A DNA stretch of 64,000 bases from Camelus ferus. Its lineage: Eukaryota. Under the pieces are notes generated by a model that saw only the letters and a list, made by a program, of their open reading frames with translations, searched no databases and was not told where the DNA came from. The translations under genes and the position numbers were made by a program. The stretch lies in NCBI RefSeq assembly GCF_009834535.1, contig NC_045697.1, positions 79,486,001 to 79,550,000 of the forward strand, given 5' to 3'. Positions 62,046 to 64,000 of the stretch are shown here, piece by piece; the stretch's first letter is position 1, and each line of letters begins with the position of its first letter.

Positions 62046-63675
62046 CTTGTCTAAGTTCAACTCAGAATTTTCCTTGGTTTCTCTGTTCCCCTTACTTTTC
62101 ATGCAGTTAGTTGATCTTGTCTTCTTCCTTCTTCCTTTGAAATAGAATCAACCCTTTCTCTTCACCAGTGCCCGTGAATGGTGATTGATTTAAGACCTGA
62201 CCATCGCTCTCCTGCATTACTATAATAGTCTTTGCACTGGTAGGCTCTCCCAACCCCCACCCTGCAGCTCCCTATCAATTTGGTTTCCCTTTTCTGGAAA
62301 TTCCAACCCACAGCCCCAGAGAAGTTTTAGCTCTCTTGGTCCTGTGCCCCATCTGGAGCTCTGGGGATTGTGGACATACAGTTTGGGTGAGCCTGTTACA
62401 GATTCTGTGCTGTATGTTCTTCCAGCATTGGATATGGTATCAGAAAACATCCCAAGGACTCATGTTCCATTCATCAGTAATATCCCTGGTTAAATGGGAG
62501 TGGAGCAGTTTTTACTGTAGTCAGTGCTGATGAAGATTCCAGTTCCCCGCAGAACACTCATCAGCAGAGCATCAGCTGTGGATGCATCAGATGCATCCAG
62601 CTGCATCAGCATTGGAAACAGATTCTGGAGGCCTCTAATGCTGGGGTCACAGAAGTTCACTAAAGCAGATCTTGTTGTGAATGCAGTGCCTCTCTGTGGT
62701 ATCTCCCTTTGGGTATGCCTCTGCTGATGCCTTGTAGAACCTTAAACCTTCATTCTTTCTACGAGAACAGCAGTTGGTGCCACAAACAGCAGTTAGTGCC
62801 TCTGGCTCAATATTTCTAAAAGAAAATCTCTTATGGCCAAAAATCTGGGTCAGATACTGGAATATTTCCACCATGAGGATGAAGTGAGGAAGTGTTTGAG
62901 GAGGACTATGACCTCAGGACCATCATGGTGGAAATTAGCAAGTGTCTCATCCAGATCCAGCCCAATGTCTTCTTTTTGTTTATGGCCCTAGGACACAGGG
63001 GATGGAGGAAGGAACTGAAAGTTTGATGCCAATTTACCATGCTGATCCGAGGAGCTCTAGAGCTTTGTGGCAAAGAATGAAGCCCCAACTCCTCAGCATG
63101 GTTAGTAAGGACTTCCATAACTTGACCTCAGGTGTGAAGACAGGTGATCTTGCCACAGAGAAGTGACAATGCAGAGAGCATGAATTCGGCCATTCCCCCG
63201 CTGGTGCCTCACACGTGGATTACCCTCCCCTTTTGCCTGGCCAATATTTAATCTCCTAAAATCTGGCTTAAAAGATTATGAAGAATTGTTTCGAGGGGAC
63301 AAGAAGGCAGTAAAGGGAACTGTAGCCTCACTATGCTATGTAATACAGCATAACCCAGGGGAAGAAGTGTATGTTCAGGAGGAGAGGCCCAAGACCCTTG
63401 CTGTTTGGTCGTTTTATAACCATCAAGTCCATCTTATTATCTGCTGGTGAAGTTGCTTTCTTCTTCTGTTACACTTTCAACAGAAGTTACCTCGCCCATT
63501 TCCCACCAGAGGGAGGAGGTTATTGTACTGGGGATCACCTGTCCTGGGGCTGTACCAGAAACATGAAGGGAGGTTGGAAAAAAATGCAGATTCCCACTGC
63601 AGATTTACCAACTGAGAACCTCCAGAATGGGGCCTAACAATCTGTACTTTTCTCTATATTCTATTTTACTTATTT

Positions 63676-64000
63676 TTAATATATATATATATTTGTAATT
63701 GAAGTATAGTCAGTTTCAATGTGAAGTATAGTCAGTTTCTGCACAGGACAATGTCCCAGCCATGCATATACATATATATATTCATTTTCATTAAAGGTTA
63801 TTACAAGATATTGAACATAGTTCCCTGTGTTATACAGCAGAAACTTTTTTAAAATTATTTTTAATATAGTGGCTACCATTTGCAAATATCAAGCTCCCAA
63901 ATTTATCCCATCCCCTGGTAACTATTAGATTGTTTACTATGTCTGCGAGTCTGTTTCTGTTTTGTAGATGAGTTCATTAGTGTCCTCTTTTTTCTTTTTT
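63676..64000 (-). mobile_element. Lineage-specific L1 3' end, running off the window edge
   Basis: ttattacaagatattgaacatagttccctgtg, tatgtctgcgagtctgtttctgttttgtagat; internal duplication of tgaagtatagtcagtttc. Confidence 0.85.

Overview
Mammalian, AT-rich, repeat-dense genomic DNA. It is most likely from a camelid (alpaca, llama or camel), judged from ~12 copies of a tRNA-Ala(AGC)-derived vic-1-like SINE. The window holds ~10 kb of upstream DNA, one CpG island (~10.35-11.4 kb) with two candidate + strand first exons, and ~53 kb that looks like a long 5' intronic region of a gene I cannot identify. The only recognisable protein-derived sequence is a full-length, disabled RPL17 processed pseudogene on the - strand (14055-14692), with target-site duplication (TSD), 5'TOP start and an extra 5' G. 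The rest is SINEs, L1, L2, MIR, MaLR and ERV1 solo LTRs, MER DNA transposons and microsatellites. Nearly all ORF-track entries are chance or repeat-derived. I found no convincing novel biological system. The best second-look items are the retrocopy junctions, a poly(A)-only insertion, nested elements, three co-oriented ERV1 solo LTRs around a CTCF motif, candidate exons, and an unexplained hairpin-rich segment at 62.4-63.2 kb. Repeat subfamily names come from recalled consensus similarity, not a database search. Boundaries of old repeats are approximate.
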